Below, piece by piece: positions 55,854 through 64,000 of a DNA stretch of 64,000 bases. The stretch lies in the NCBI GenBank assembly GCA_964486505.1, contig CAZAMC010000001.1:106133-170132 (forward strand), written 5' to 3'. Positions within the stretch are counted from its first letter, which is position 1. Each line of letters starts with the position of its first letter. The stretch is from an uncultured Gammaproteobacteria bacterium. GTDB taxonomy: Bacteria; Patescibacteriota; Patescibacteriia; PEXW01. The position numbers were made by a program, and so were the translations under genes. The notes beneath the pieces are model-generated. The model saw only the letters and a list, made by a program, of their open reading frames with translations, ran no database searches and was not told the DNA's origin.

Positions 55854-57306
55854 GTTTCACACCTTTAAGGACAATGAGCCCGGCCACGTAGATGACGGCG
55901 AAGAGCACTGTCCAGCCCAGCACGTCTGCACGGCGGCCCCCCACGAACACCGGGAAGGCGTTGCGGAACGGGAAGATGAGCAAACTGGCAATGAGGGCGG
56001 CGCCATACACGCGCAAGATGCGGGAAATCAGCCGCTGCCACGGCACCGTAATGACGTTCCGTACCCAGTACATGCCCATGCCAAACAGCACCGTACCGCT
56101 CACCAGAGTGGCGGCCGCAGCGCCCATGTAGGAGAAGCGCGTAATGAGCAAGGCGTTGAGGGAGATGTTCACCAACACGGTCACCGCCATGCTCACGGTG
56201 TTGTACTTGGTGCGGTTGCTGGCATTCAGCAGGGTGCCCACGGGGAAGTTCATGAAGATGACGGGCAAGCTCAAGATGAGGATGCGCAACGGATCGGCCG
56301 AGGCCGCGAAGAACTCGTTGAACGCCAAGCCCACAAAGCTGCTGGCCAGCACGAAGATGCCCAGGGACATGGGTACACTGAGAATCATCATGTACACAAT
56401 GGCGCGCTCAAACGTATCGGCCAGTTTCTCTTTGGAGTTGATGTAGAAGTTGCTCATGGCCGGATACAAACCGGCGGCAAAAGCCGAGGGCAGGAATTCC
56501 AAAGCAAAGGTGAGCTTGTGCGCCACGGCGTAGAAACCCACGGCATCCCGGCCCTTCTGAATGAGGAGCAAGTACCGGTCGGTGTACGTGTAGACCTTCA
56601 CCAGCATGGCCGCAATGGCGAAGGGCAGAGCCATTTTGAGGAGCTCCTTAATGAGCCACACGTCCCACTGCAGACGGGGCCACACTTTGGCAAAGCGCCG
56701 TAAGGAAAAGGTAGACCAGGCAAAGTTGGCCACCGAACCCAGCAACGTGGCAAAGAAAATCCCGCGCAGCCCCAGGTCCAGGCGCAGCGTGGTGTAGCCA
56801 ATGCCGACCGCTAAAACTTGGTTGAGGATCATACCCATGGCCTCGAACTTCATGTTCTGCAAGCCCCGCAGCACGGCAAAGAACGTGAGCGTGAACGTAT
56901 CGAAGCCCACGATGAGCGCCACCAGGTACAAGGACGACTGCACGTCCTGTGAGAAATTACCAAAGTTGGTGACGAATCCAAAAGCCGTCATCACCACCAG
57001 GGTGAAGAGCAACTTCAGGCCCAGGACGTTCCCCAGGATAGACTTCAGGCGCTGCGGCGAGCGCGCAATTTCACGCGTGACCACCTGCGAGAGCGAGAAG
57101 TCAATGAGGATGAGGGCAATGGGGATAAGCGATTTCAGCGGGTCGTACTCGCCGCTGCGGGAGACGCCAATGTGATTGACGACCACCGTGTAGTACAAGA
57201 ACGAAATAATTTTCTGCAGCACAAAGGCCCCCGTGAGGTACGAGGTATTCCGGAGAATCTTCGACTGGCCGGCATTCACTTCGGTCGTAGGTTCGACGGT
57301 GGCCAT
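55804..57306 (-). CDS. Wzx-like polysaccharide flippase (MOP superfamily)
   Basis: About 12-14 TM helices. Polysacc_synt-like N-terminal pattern (ILRNTSYLTGAFVLQKIISFLYYTVV). Start at MATVEP chosen to limit overlap with rpsI. Confidence 0.7.
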   Translation of the reverse strand: MATVEPTTEVNAGQSKILRNTSYLTGAFVLQKIISFLYYTVVVNHIGVSRSGEYDPLKSLIPIALILIDFSLSQVVTREIARSPQRLKSILGNVLGLKLLFTLVVMTAFGFVTNFGNFSQDVQSSLYLVALIVGFDTFTLTFFAVLRGLQNMKFEAMGMILNQVLAVGIGYTTLRLDLGLRGIFFATLLGSVANFAWSTFSLRRFAKVWPRLQWDVWLIKELLKMALPFAIAAMLVKVYTYTDRYLLLIQKGRDAVGFYAVAHKLTFALEFLPSAFAAGLYPAMSNFYINSKEKLADTFERAIVYMMILSVPMSLGIFVLASSFVGLAFNEFFAASADPLRILILSLPVIFMNFPVGTLLNASNRTKYNTVSMAVTVLVNISLNALLITRFSYMGAAAATLVSGTVLFGMGMYWVRNVITVPWQRLISRILRVYGAALIASLLIFPFRNAFPVFVGGRRADVLGWTVLFAVIYVAGLIVLKGVKREELSALWRIIRRRPA

Positions 57307-57356
57307 GGGTCGGGACGGGTTGGAAGGCTGACGAGAAACGCCAGCAGCAGGGCGCT

Positions 57357-57956
57357 TTAGCGCTTCTGCCACTGCGGCGCGCGGCGGGCGCGCTTGAGGC
57401 CGTACTTCTTGCGCTCCTTCACGCGGGCATCGCGCGTGAGGAAGCCGTGGGGCTTAATGACCGCCCGAAGAGCCGGATCCAACAGGATGAGCAGGCGAGC
57501 AATACCGTGGCGAATGGCGTGCGCTTGGGCGTGCTTGCCACCACCCTGAACTTTAATAGACCAGCGGCCCTGCGCCCAGCCAGTTGCCGCGAGCGAGCCC
57601 TTGGCTTCATCCACCCAGGGGGTGTAGCCGAAGTACTTCTCCAGGGTCATGCCGTTTACCTGCATTTCACCAGTACCCAGCTTGTAGTACCGCACCCGAG
57701 CAATAGCGGTCTTGCGCTTACCCACGCTCGACATGTACTCCTCACGCTTGATCGCGTCGGGTACAACTGCAGCGACCACAACGTGCGGCTTGGCATCGTG
57801 CGTGACGGTAGGCTTGGCGTGAACGGCCTTGTGCACGGCGGCCTTGTGGGGCGCGGCCTTTTTGACAGCAGGTTTCCCGCCGCGACTCGATGCGTGCGGC
57901 GAGGCGGGCTTGGCAGCCTTCTTGGCAGCGGGTTTCTTGGTGGTCTTGGTAGGCAT
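57357..57956 (-). CDS. rpsI: 30S ribosomal protein S9 with ~70-aa Lys/Ala/Pro-rich N-terminal extension
   Basis: C-terminal 128 aa is canonical S9 (GKRKTAIARV...KKYGLKRARRAPQWQKR). N-terminal is basic low complexity. Confidence 0.9.
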   Translation of the reverse strand: MPTKTTKKPAAKKAAKPASPHASSRGGKPAVKKAAPHKAAVHKAVHAKPTVTHDAKPHVVVAAVVPDAIKREEYMSSVGKRKTAIARVRYYKLGTGEMQVNGMTLEKYFGYTPWVDEAKGSLAATGWAQGRWSIKVQGGGKHAQAHAIRHGIARLLILLDPALRAVIKPHGFLTRDARVKERKKYGLKRARRAPQWQKR

Positions 57957-57960
57957 GGCT

Positions 57961-58326
57961 TTACGGTTGGACAGTGAGGCGCTTGAGGATGAACTTGCGG
58001 GTGCGGTTGTCGGGCAGCATGCGCTTCACCGCGAGGGTGAAGAGGCCAACCGGATCTTTCTCCAGCTTCTCCTTAAAGCTCGTCTGGCGCAAACCGCCGG
58101 CGTAGCCCGAAAAGTGCGCGTACATTTTCTGGTCGAGCTTGCGCCCGGTCACCAGAATTTTTTTCACGTTGGTAACAATGACTTTCTCACCAGAAATCAC
58201 ATCCGGCCGGAAGGTGGGCAAGTGCTTCCCCCGCAGCGTGGCGGCCACGTGCGAGGCCAAACGGCCCAGCACTTTACCAGAGGCGTCAATGGTAACGGTC
58301 GTAGATGGTGGGGTAGGTTTGCGCAT
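57961..58326 (-). CDS. rplM: 50S ribosomal protein L13
   Basis: IDASGKVLGRLAS...HFSGYAGG... is canonical L13. Confidence 0.9.
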   Translation of the reverse strand: MRKPTPPSTTVTIDASGKVLGRLASHVAATLRGKHLPTFRPDVISGEKVIVTNVKKILVTGRKLDQKMYAHFSGYAGGLRQTSFKEKLEKDPVGLFTLAVKRMLPDNRTRKFILKRLTVQP

Positions 58327-58329
58327 ACG

Positions 58330-58677
58330 TTACACGAGTTCAAGAATGGCCAGCTGCGCGCGGTCACCTTGGCGCTGGTTGGCCAGGATACGTCGCGTGT
58401 AGCCGCCCTTGCGGTCCTTGTACTTGGGGGCGATGTCGGTGAGGAGCTTCTGCGCCGCCGGTTCAGTAAAGCTTTGCAGAAGGGTGCGGCGGGCGCTCAG
58501 GTCACCGCGCTTGGCTGTGGTTATGGCGCGCTCCACGAGCGTGCGAACCGCGCGGATCTTCGCCACCGTGCTGGTCACGCGGCCGTTAAGCACAACGCTG
58601 ATCGCCAGGCTACGGAGCATGGCGTTGCGCGGGGCGGCTTTGCGATCGAGAGTGGGACGGGTCTTGCGGTGGCGCAT
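58330..58677 (-). CDS. rplQ: 50S ribosomal protein L17
   Basis: MRHRKTRPTLDRKAAPRNAMLRSLA and GGYTRRI motifs. Confidence 0.9.
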   Translation of the reverse strand: MRHRKTRPTLDRKAAPRNAMLRSLAISVVLNGRVTSTVAKIRAVRTLVERAITTAKRGDLSARRTLLQSFTEPAAQKLLTDIAPKYKDRKGGYTRRILANQRQGDRAQLAILELV

Positions 58678-58683
58678 GGGAAA

Positions 58684-59451
58684 TTACTCTTCAGCTTCCT
58701 TGTCCTTCTTCTTCGTAGATTTCTTTTTCGCCGGCTTTGCTTCCTCCGCTGGGTCGGCATCGGCAGGAACGGAGGCGAGGAGGTGCTGGAAGTGCTCGGT
58801 GAGAATTTGGGCAGCTTCGCGGAACGCCGCGGCGGGGCTTACGGTTCCGTCCGTGCGGATAGTAAGAGTCACCTTGTCGTAATTGGTCATCTGACCAACG
58901 CGGACGTTCTCCACCCGGAAGTTCACTGTGCGAACGGGCGTGTAAATGGCATCCACGGCAATCACGCCCAAGTCCAGGCGCTCCTTCTCCCGCATTTCCA
59001 CTGGGATGTAGCCGCGACCCACGCCGACGGTGAGTTCCATTTCCACATCGGCATTCTTGTCGGTGAGGTGACAAATGACGTGCTCCGGATTGCGGATTTC
59101 CACGTTCGAAGGGCACTTCAGGTCACCGGCAGTGAGCACTTTTTCGCCCTTCGCCTTCACCATGATGGTGGCCGTCTCACCTTCGAACATCTTCAAGCGT
59201 ACGCCCTTGAGGTTGAGAATGAGGTCCACCATGTCTTCCTTCACGTGCGGGAGAGTGGTGAACTCGTGCGTGGCACCGTTAATTTTCACCGCCGTAATGG
59301 CCGCGCCGGGGAGGGACGACAGCAGCACCCGCCGCAAGGCATTGCCCAGGGTGGTACCGTAGCCGGGGTAGCACGGTTCAATGACGACGTTGGCTTCGTG
59401 CTCACCGCTTTCGGTGAGGCTAATCTTCGAGGGCAGGGCGATGCGTTCCAT
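58684..59451 (-). CDS. rpoA: DNA-directed RNA polymerase alpha subunit, N-terminal domain only (no alpha-CTD)
   Basis: Canonical alpha-NTD (GYGTTLGNALRRVLLSSLPGAAIT...). Protein stops after ~230 aa plus a K/E-rich tail. rplQ follows within 7 nt. Confidence 0.85.
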   Translation of the reverse strand: MERIALPSKISLTESGEHEANVVIEPCYPGYGTTLGNALRRVLLSSLPGAAITAVKINGATHEFTTLPHVKEDMVDLILNLKGVRLKMFEGETATIMVKAKGEKVLTAGDLKCPSNVEIRNPEHVICHLTDKNADVEMELTVGVGRGYIPVEMREKERLDLGVIAVDAIYTPVRTVNFRVENVRVGQMTNYDKVTLTIRTDGTVSPAAAFREAAQILTEHFQHLLASVPADADPAEEAKPAKKKSTKKKDKEAEE

Positions 59452-59472
59452 AGGCGTGAGGGGGTAAAAGGT

Positions 59473-60081
59473 TTAGCGGGAGTAGTACTCAACTATGAGC
59501 TGCATGTTGAGCGGTTGGTTGACATCGGTGGCTTCCGGCAAACGGCTGACCGTGCCGGCGAGCTGTTCCACGTTGCGCGTGAGCCAGCTGGGCGGGTCTT
59601 CGTGTGCGCCCTTCAAGCGCTCGGCAATCTGGGTACGGAACTTCGCTTTGTCCTGAATGCTCACCACGTCCTTGGGCTTCACGTTAAAAGACGGGATGGT
59701 TACCTTGCGGCCGTTCACCTTCACCAGGCCATGGCTCACAAACTGGCGCGCTTGGCTGTGCGTGGTGGCAAAACCCAAGCGGAAGACGGTGTTGTCTAGC
59801 CGGCGCTCCAAAAGTTGGAGCAAAATCTGCCCGGTGTTGCCCTGCTTGCGCTTGGCCCGCTTGAAGTAGTTTTCAAATTGGCGCTCCAGTAAACCGTAGA
59901 TAATCTTGGCCTTCTGCTTCTCGGCGAGCTGAATGCCGTACTCCGAAAGACGCGGCGTACCCTTGGGGCCGTGCTGGCCAGGCGGGTAGGGCCGACGAAC
60001 GACAGGGCACTTCGCCGAGTCGCAGAGCTTCACGCCGTAACGGCGGCAACGAGTATGTTTGGGTCCTGTGCGGCGAGCCAT
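59473..60081 (-). CDS. rpsD: 30S ribosomal protein S4
   Basis: MARRTGPKHTRCRRYG zinc-ribbon-like N-terminus and S4 domain (RRLDNTVFRLGFATT). Confidence 0.9.
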   Translation of the reverse strand: MARRTGPKHTRCRRYGVKLCDSAKCPVVRRPYPPGQHGPKGTPRLSEYGIQLAEKQKAKIIYGLLERQFENYFKRAKRKQGNTGQILLQLLERRLDNTVFRLGFATTHSQARQFVSHGLVKVNGRKVTIPSFNVKPKDVVSIQDKAKFRTQIAERLKGAHEDPPSWLTRNVEQLAGTVSRLPEATDVNQPLNMQLIVEYYSR

Positions 60082-60090
60082 ACGAGAGAG

Positions 60091-60570
60091 TTAAACGCGA
60101 CGAACTTTCGGCTGGCGCACGCCATTGTGCGGAATGGGCGTGACGTCTTTGATAGATGTAATTGTTAGGCCCATGCCCACGAGGGCACGAATGGCGGCTT
60201 CCCGGCCGCTGCCAATCCCCTTCACGCGCACGTCCACCTGCTTGAGGCCAACGTCGCGAAGCTTTTCCATGATGCTGCGCACCACCACGCCGGCGGCGTA
60301 GGGAGTGCCCTTCTTGGGGCCGCGGAAACCTTGCGCGCCCGCCGAACCCCAGGCCAAGACGTTCCCGTTCTGGTCGGCGATGCTCACAATGGTGTTGTTA
60401 TAGGTTGCTTGAACGTGCGCTACGCCGTGCTGCACAAACTTCTTGCCCTTCTTGGCGCGCTTCTTCTTGGGCTTCGCACCGTCAGCGGCCTCGGCCGGCT
60501 TGTCTTCGGCGGCGGGCGCGGGGGCGACTTTGTCCAAGAGTTCTTCGACGTTCTTTGTATTGTCAGCCAT
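60091..60570 (-). CDS. rpsK: 30S ribosomal protein S11 with ~40-aa A/K/E/P-rich N-terminal extension
   Basis: GVAHVQATYNNTIVSIAD...GFRGPKKGTPYAA...VRVKGIGSGREAAIRAL. Confidence 0.9.
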   Translation of the reverse strand: MADNTKNVEELLDKVAPAPAAEDKPAEAADGAKPKKKRAKKGKKFVQHGVAHVQATYNNTIVSIADQNGNVLAWGSAGAQGFRGPKKGTPYAAGVVVRSIMEKLRDVGLKQVDVRVKGIGSGREAAIRALVGMGLTITSIKDVTPIPHNGVRQPKVRRV

Positions 60571-60575
60571 ATGCG

Positions 60576-60965
60576 TTAGGTCTTCTCAGCGGTGGGCTTG
60601 CGGCCACTTCCCATGGTGCGGCGAACGTTGCCCCGCACCGTACGAGAATTGGTCTTCGTGCGCTGGCCGCGGACCGGCAAATTCCGGCTATGCCGCATGC
60701 CGGCGTAGGAGCTAATTTCCTTCTTGCGCTTAATGTTGAGCAGCACCTCGCGGCGGAGTTCGCCTTCCACTTTGTGCTGCTTCTCGATGATGTCCTTCAG
60801 CCGGTTCACTTCCGATTCCGAAAGGTCGTTCGGCCGGGACTGCGGGTCCAGGTCGGCCAGCTTCGCCACTTTCACGGCGAGCGTTGGGCCAATGCCGTAG
60901 ATGTACCGCAAGGCAACGCGGAGGGGTTTGTTGGGCAGGATGATACCAGCGATACGTGCGGGCAT
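60576..60965 (-). CDS. rpsM: 30S ribosomal protein S13
   Basis: MPARIAGIILPNKPLRVALRYIYGIG is canonical. Confidence 0.9.
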   Translation of the reverse strand: MPARIAGIILPNKPLRVALRYIYGIGPTLAVKVAKLADLDPQSRPNDLSESEVNRLKDIIEKQHKVEGELRREVLLNIKRKKEISSYAGMRHSRNLPVRGQRTKTNSRTVRGNVRRTMGSGRKPTAEKT

Positions 60966-60969
60966 AGGG

Positions 60970-61083
60970 TTATCCTTGACGTTGCTTATGCTTGGGGTTG
61001 CTGCAAATCACGAGCAGCTTCTTGCCCCGTCGAATGACGCGGCACTTGGGGCAAATCGGTTTTACGGAGGATCGAACTTTCAT
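60970..61083 (-). CDS. rpmJ: 50S ribosomal protein L36
   Basis: Manual translation of the minus strand gives [37 protein letters not shown] (37 aa). Not in the ORF track because it is under 60 aa. Confidence 0.85.
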   Translation of the reverse strand: MKVRSSVKPICPKCRVIRRGKKLLVICSNPKHKQRQG

Positions 61084-61085
61084 GG

Positions 61086-61346
61086 CTACTTGCGGAAGGT
61101 GATGCGACCTTTCTTCAGGTCGTAGGGGGTCATTTCCAGAATGACGGTGTCACCCGGCAGGATCTTAATGCGATTCATGCGCATTCGGCCGGAAAGGTGG
61201 GCCAGCACTTCGTGGCTATTCTGCAAACGGACGCGGAAGGTGGCCGAGGGGAGGAGTTCCTCCACAACGCCTTCCACTTCCAGAAAACCTTTCTTATTCA
61301 CGCCCCGGGCCTCTGGCTTGGGGCGATCAGCCGCGCGATGGTGCAT
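61086..61346 (-). CDS. infA: Translation initiation factor IF-1
   Basis: S1-like OB domain [46 protein letters not shown]. Start at MHHRAA (87 aa). The ORF-track 5' extension has no support. Confidence 0.8.
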   Translation of the reverse strand: MHHRAADRPKPEARGVNKKGFLEVEGVVEELLPSATFRVRLQNSHEVLAHLSGRMRMNRIKILPGDTVILEMTPYDLKKGRITFRK

Positions 61347-62079
61347 GCAGGGTGATGAGAAAAAATATATCCCCGCCAAATGCGGGGTCTGCGCAACATC
61401 TACCCCACAAAATGGGGGTTCTAGTGCGCAGCCGGACGGACCAAAGTCGTGAGCAACAGGAAAGCGATTTGTAACTGGATGGACTGTACCAGGAGGCTGG
61501 ATGGGTGTCAAGGGTTTACCCTAGCGTCATTGCGAGCGACCAGAGGGAGCGTGGCAATCCTCCTAAACCTCGGGTCCAAGCCAGTGTTTGATGTATGTAC
61601 TGAACAACGACTTCAAGGTTAGTTAGTCCCTGGCGGGCAGCCACGGAATGCTACCTTTTCTGGCGGCAGAAAAGGTAGCGCCAAAAGCACCGTTGGGGGC
61701 TCCAGATGCGGTTGCTGAAAATACTTCAACACGTATGTGCTAACACCGCCTGTCGCCCCCAAACCCCAACGTACTAACTACGCCATGCTCTTTTTTCCTT
61801 TAAAAGCGGTGACTCAATTAGCACTGGGGTGCAGGGGGTTTCACTGAGCCTGTCCAACACACTGAACGGCTTGCTCCCTGCGTGCGAATTGAAACCCCCT
61901 GCCACCCTTCTTTCGGCACCACCCTTTCTTGGGTGCGCAAGAAAGGGTGGTGATCGTGAAAACCACAACTCGCCAAACGAGCAGCGGGTCGTTGTGCAGG
62001 AAAACCGTCCTGCTCCCGAAGTTCAGTAGGATTGCTTTGCCACCCGCCATTCGGCGGGTTCCTCGCAATGACACATTGA
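61347..62079 (-). ncRNA. Candidate structured non-coding RNA or long structured leader (unidentified)
   Basis: 730-bp gap without a convincing ORF. Three near-perfect 10-13-bp hairpins (about 61906-61938, 61826-61897, 61650-61679). Strand unknown. No RNase P, tmRNA or SRP consensus recognised by eye. Confidence 0.25.
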
Positions 62080-63924
62080 TTACTTCCCCACCGTGGCTTT
62101 TATGCGCCGAATACCAGCAGAAGCTGACTTCTCAGAAACAATTTTAAAGCTCTTCAGTTCGCCCGTGTGAGTCACGTGCGGGCCGCCGCAGAGCTCTTTG
62201 GAGTAATTGCCCACGCTGTACACCGTAACCTTTTCCGGGTACTTCTCCTTAAAGAAGGCCAGAGCGCCCGCGGCTTTCGCTTCTTCAAATGACATTTCTT
62301 CCTTCGTCACGGGCAGGTCGTCGGCAATTTTCGCATTGACGATTGCTTCCACCTGCAGAATTTGCTCTGCAGTGAGTTTTGTGGGGAAAGTGAAATCAAA
62401 GCGCAAACGCTCGGGATTGATGTCTGACCCATCCTGATGCACGTCGTTCCCCAGCACGTCCCGCAGTGCCTGCTGCAGTAGGTGCGTAGCGGTGTGCAGG
62501 CGGGTCATGGTTGCACGCTCTTCGTCACCTAAACTGGCGCTGTTCAGCCCGTGGCCACCGAACTTGGCCACTGCGCCGGCCCGAGAAACGCCGCGATGCT
62601 CTTCAAGCGCCGCTTCAAACTCGGCATCGTCAAAGACAAAACCTTTGCTACGGAGTTGGTCCACCGACGTGCCGTACGTGGTGAAGAGCTGCACCGCTGC
62701 TTTACCAGAAATGCGAATGGCCGAAGGGCCAGCGAGTTCCTCCTGCTGGCTGAGTACATCTTCCTTGGGCAGCTGCTTAATGAGCTTCTGTACATCCATG
62801 AGCCGAACTTTTTCGTAGTTCGTGTACTCCTTCTGAAAGTCTTCCAAGATCGCGCTGCGTTTCTCCTTGAGCTCTGGGTAGGCCTCGCCGTACTCATGGA
62901 TGATGGCATCCACGACCGGCGCAAAGTGCATGCCCGGATGCAGGTACTGATCGCAGGCGCGGCGGAACACGCGGCGCAGCACGTAGCCCTGCTCCTTGTT
63001 GCTAAAACGCACCTCGTCGGCCCGCAGGAAGGTGGCGCTCTTAAAGTGGTCACTGGCAATCCGCAGGCGCCGCGCATCCTCCAGCGGTTCGGCAGTCTGG
63101 CCAAAACGGTCGTCGGCTTCTACGGCTGCAATGATGCCGGTGAAGGCATCGGTCTGGAACACGCTGGCTTTATCCTGCAGCACCATGGCCAGGCGCTCCA
63201 GGCCCATGCCGGTATCAATGTTCTTCTGCGGCAACTCCCGGTACTCGCCGGCATCGGTCTTCTCAAACTCCATGAGCACCAAGTTCCAAATTTCCACAAA
63301 CCGGCCGCACTCGCAGTTCGGCAAGCACTTCGCACCCTTGTCGCAGGGCTGCCCCGTGCGATCGTAGTGAATTTCGGTAGACGGTCCACAGGGCCCGGCC
63401 TTCCCGGGCGGCCCCCAGAAGTTGGCGTCCATGCCAAAACCGGCTATGCGTTCCTTGGGTAAGAACTTTTGCCAGAGCTTTGCCGATTCCAGGTCCGACG
63501 GCACGCTCACCTTCTTCCGGCCGTGCACGGCGTCGGCGTGGTAGAACGTGGCCCACAGCCGGTTCGGGTGCAGCTGCACCACCTTGGTGACGAACTCCCA
63601 GGCAAACGCAATGGCCTCCTTCTTGAAGTAGTCCCCCACGCTGAAGTTCCCCAACATCTCAAAGAAGGTCAGGTGCGTAGCGTCCCCAACTTCCAGAACG
63701 TCCGATGTGCGGAAGCACTTCTGCACACTGGTTAACCGGCGTGACTGAAAATCCTTTTCCGGGTTTTTCTCCCCCAGCATGTACGGCTTAAACTGCTGCA
63801 TGCCCGCCGTCGTGAGCAGCACCGTGGGGTCGTTCTGTGGGATAAGCGACGACGACGCAACCACCACGTGCTTGTGTGCAGCGAAGAAATGCAGGAATTT
63901 CTTACGAATGTCCTTGAGCTTCAT
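62080..63924 (-). CDS. alaS: Alanyl-tRNA synthetase, short form lacking the C-terminal C-Ala domain
   Basis: N-terminal FFAAHKH...SSLIPQNDPTVLLTTAGMQQFKP. Editing-domain HTATHLL and CGGPHV motifs near the C-terminus. Ends at 614 aa. Confidence 0.85.
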   Translation of the reverse strand: MKLKDIRKKFLHFFAAHKHVVVASSSLIPQNDPTVLLTTAGMQQFKPYMLGEKNPEKDFQSRRLTSVQKCFRTSDVLEVGDATHLTFFEMLGNFSVGDYFKKEAIAFAWEFVTKVVQLHPNRLWATFYHADAVHGRKKVSVPSDLESAKLWQKFLPKERIAGFGMDANFWGPPGKAGPCGPSTEIHYDRTGQPCDKGAKCLPNCECGRFVEIWNLVLMEFEKTDAGEYRELPQKNIDTGMGLERLAMVLQDKASVFQTDAFTGIIAAVEADDRFGQTAEPLEDARRLRIASDHFKSATFLRADEVRFSNKEQGYVLRRVFRRACDQYLHPGMHFAPVVDAIIHEYGEAYPELKEKRSAILEDFQKEYTNYEKVRLMDVQKLIKQLPKEDVLSQQEELAGPSAIRISGKAAVQLFTTYGTSVDQLRSKGFVFDDAEFEAALEEHRGVSRAGAVAKFGGHGLNSASLGDEERATMTRLHTATHLLQQALRDVLGNDVHQDGSDINPERLRFDFTFPTKLTAEQILQVEAIVNAKIADDLPVTKEEMSFEEAKAAGALAFFKEKYPEKVTVYSVGNYSKELCGGPHVTHTGELKSFKIVSEKSASAGIRRIKATVGK

Positions 63925-64000
63925 GGCCGCAGTGTAGCGGAAATGGCTTGACCTGGCGAGGGTCAGCGGTCGCTGCGAACGGCGGGTTTTTCAGGCTTTG

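Noticed and set aside
54600-56703. 389-aa and 309-aa plus-strand ORFs
   Set aside because: Antisense to the GT4-GT2 fusion and the Wzx flippase. His/Gly/Glu-rich nonsense composition.
57829-59799. 656-aa plus-strand ORF across the ribosomal-protein cluster
   Set aside because: Antisense shadow of rplM-rplQ-rpoA-rpsD in high-GC DNA. No motifs. The opposite strand encodes unmistakable r-proteins.
62041-62065. Hairpin CCCGCC-GAAT-GGCGGG after alaS as an intrinsic terminator
   Set aside because: It is a stable stem, but no U-tract follows on the minus strand. It could still be part of the structured RNA/leader and is not called as a terminator.
61347-62079. RNase P RNA or tmRNA in the long alaS-infA gap
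   Set aside because: I looked for the P4 consensus (AGGAAAGUCCGGGCUCC / ACAGAANCCGGCUUA), a tmRNA tag ORF ending in Ala-Ala-stop, and a GGUUCGAUUCC T-arm on both strands. Only a partial AGGAAAG was found. It is kept as an unidentified candidate ncRNA, not assigned.
62551-63462. 303-aa plus-strand ORF
   Set aside because: Antisense to alaS.
57357-64000. Higher G+C (about 65%) of the ribosomal-protein/alaS region versus about 57% upstream as evidence of chimeric assembly
   Set aside because: Highly expressed genes in GC-rich genomes often show stronger GC3 bias. There is no discontinuity in gene orientation or operon logic, and the GT4-GT2/flippase genes bridge the compositions.
1-64000. CRISPR arrays, tRNA and rRNA genes
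   Set aside because: No regularly spaced direct repeats were seen. No intergenic stretch of 70-90 nt with cloverleaf-compatible GC-rich arms was seen. There is no rRNA-like sequence.

Overview
The window looks like a contiguous bacterial chromosomal segment of roughly 57-60% GC (estimated by eye, not computed), with the ribosomal-protein stretch richer in GC. Most genes are densely packed on the minus strand, often with 1-4 nt overlaps. The gene content is compatible with a small-genome bacterium, possibly CPR/Patescibacteria-like: DUF4012, two MreB paralogues, two GreA paralogues, a short AlaRS, and an RpoA without the C-terminal domain. That placement is inference only.

Main housekeeping blocks:
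- a partial flippase-like/DUF2079 membrane protein, mnmA, cyclophilin, then def-fmt-priA
- tagA-like glycosyltransferase, gltX, an M23 peptidase
- ftsQ-alr-serS-HD hydrolase-lysS, then greA with a clear intrinsic terminator
- PBP2-mreD-mreC-mreB-proS-rseP-frr
- a BNR-repeat protein and holB
- an 8-kb envelope-glycan cluster: GT1, a second MreB paralogue, DUF4012, GT2, GT2, O-antigen-ligase-like polymerase, GT2
- an accessory stretch of small conserved-domain proteins: zincin, DUF1905, two HAD hydrolases, DUF1801, a second GreA, a secreted HExxH metalloprotease, a fatty-acid hydroxylase
- after the island: a fused GT4-GT2, a Wzx-like flippase, and rpsI-rplM-rplQ-rpoA-rpsD-rpsK-rpsM-rpmJ-infA
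- a 730-bp hairpin-rich non-coding gap, then alaS

The most unusual region is a markedly AT-rich ~7.4-kb island at about 46.7-54.05 kb. It carries an EcoRI-family N6-adenine methyltransferase translationally coupled to a DUF262(ParB-like)+HNH nuclease. Downstream are two zinc-ribbon proteins, several small membrane proteins and a Cys-rich secreted protein. This is a candidate unconventional restriction/defence module. No mobility genes or flanking tRNA were seen.

No CRISPR, rRNA or tRNA was recognised. Many long plus-strand ORFs in the track are antisense shadows of minus-strand genes in GC-rich DNA.
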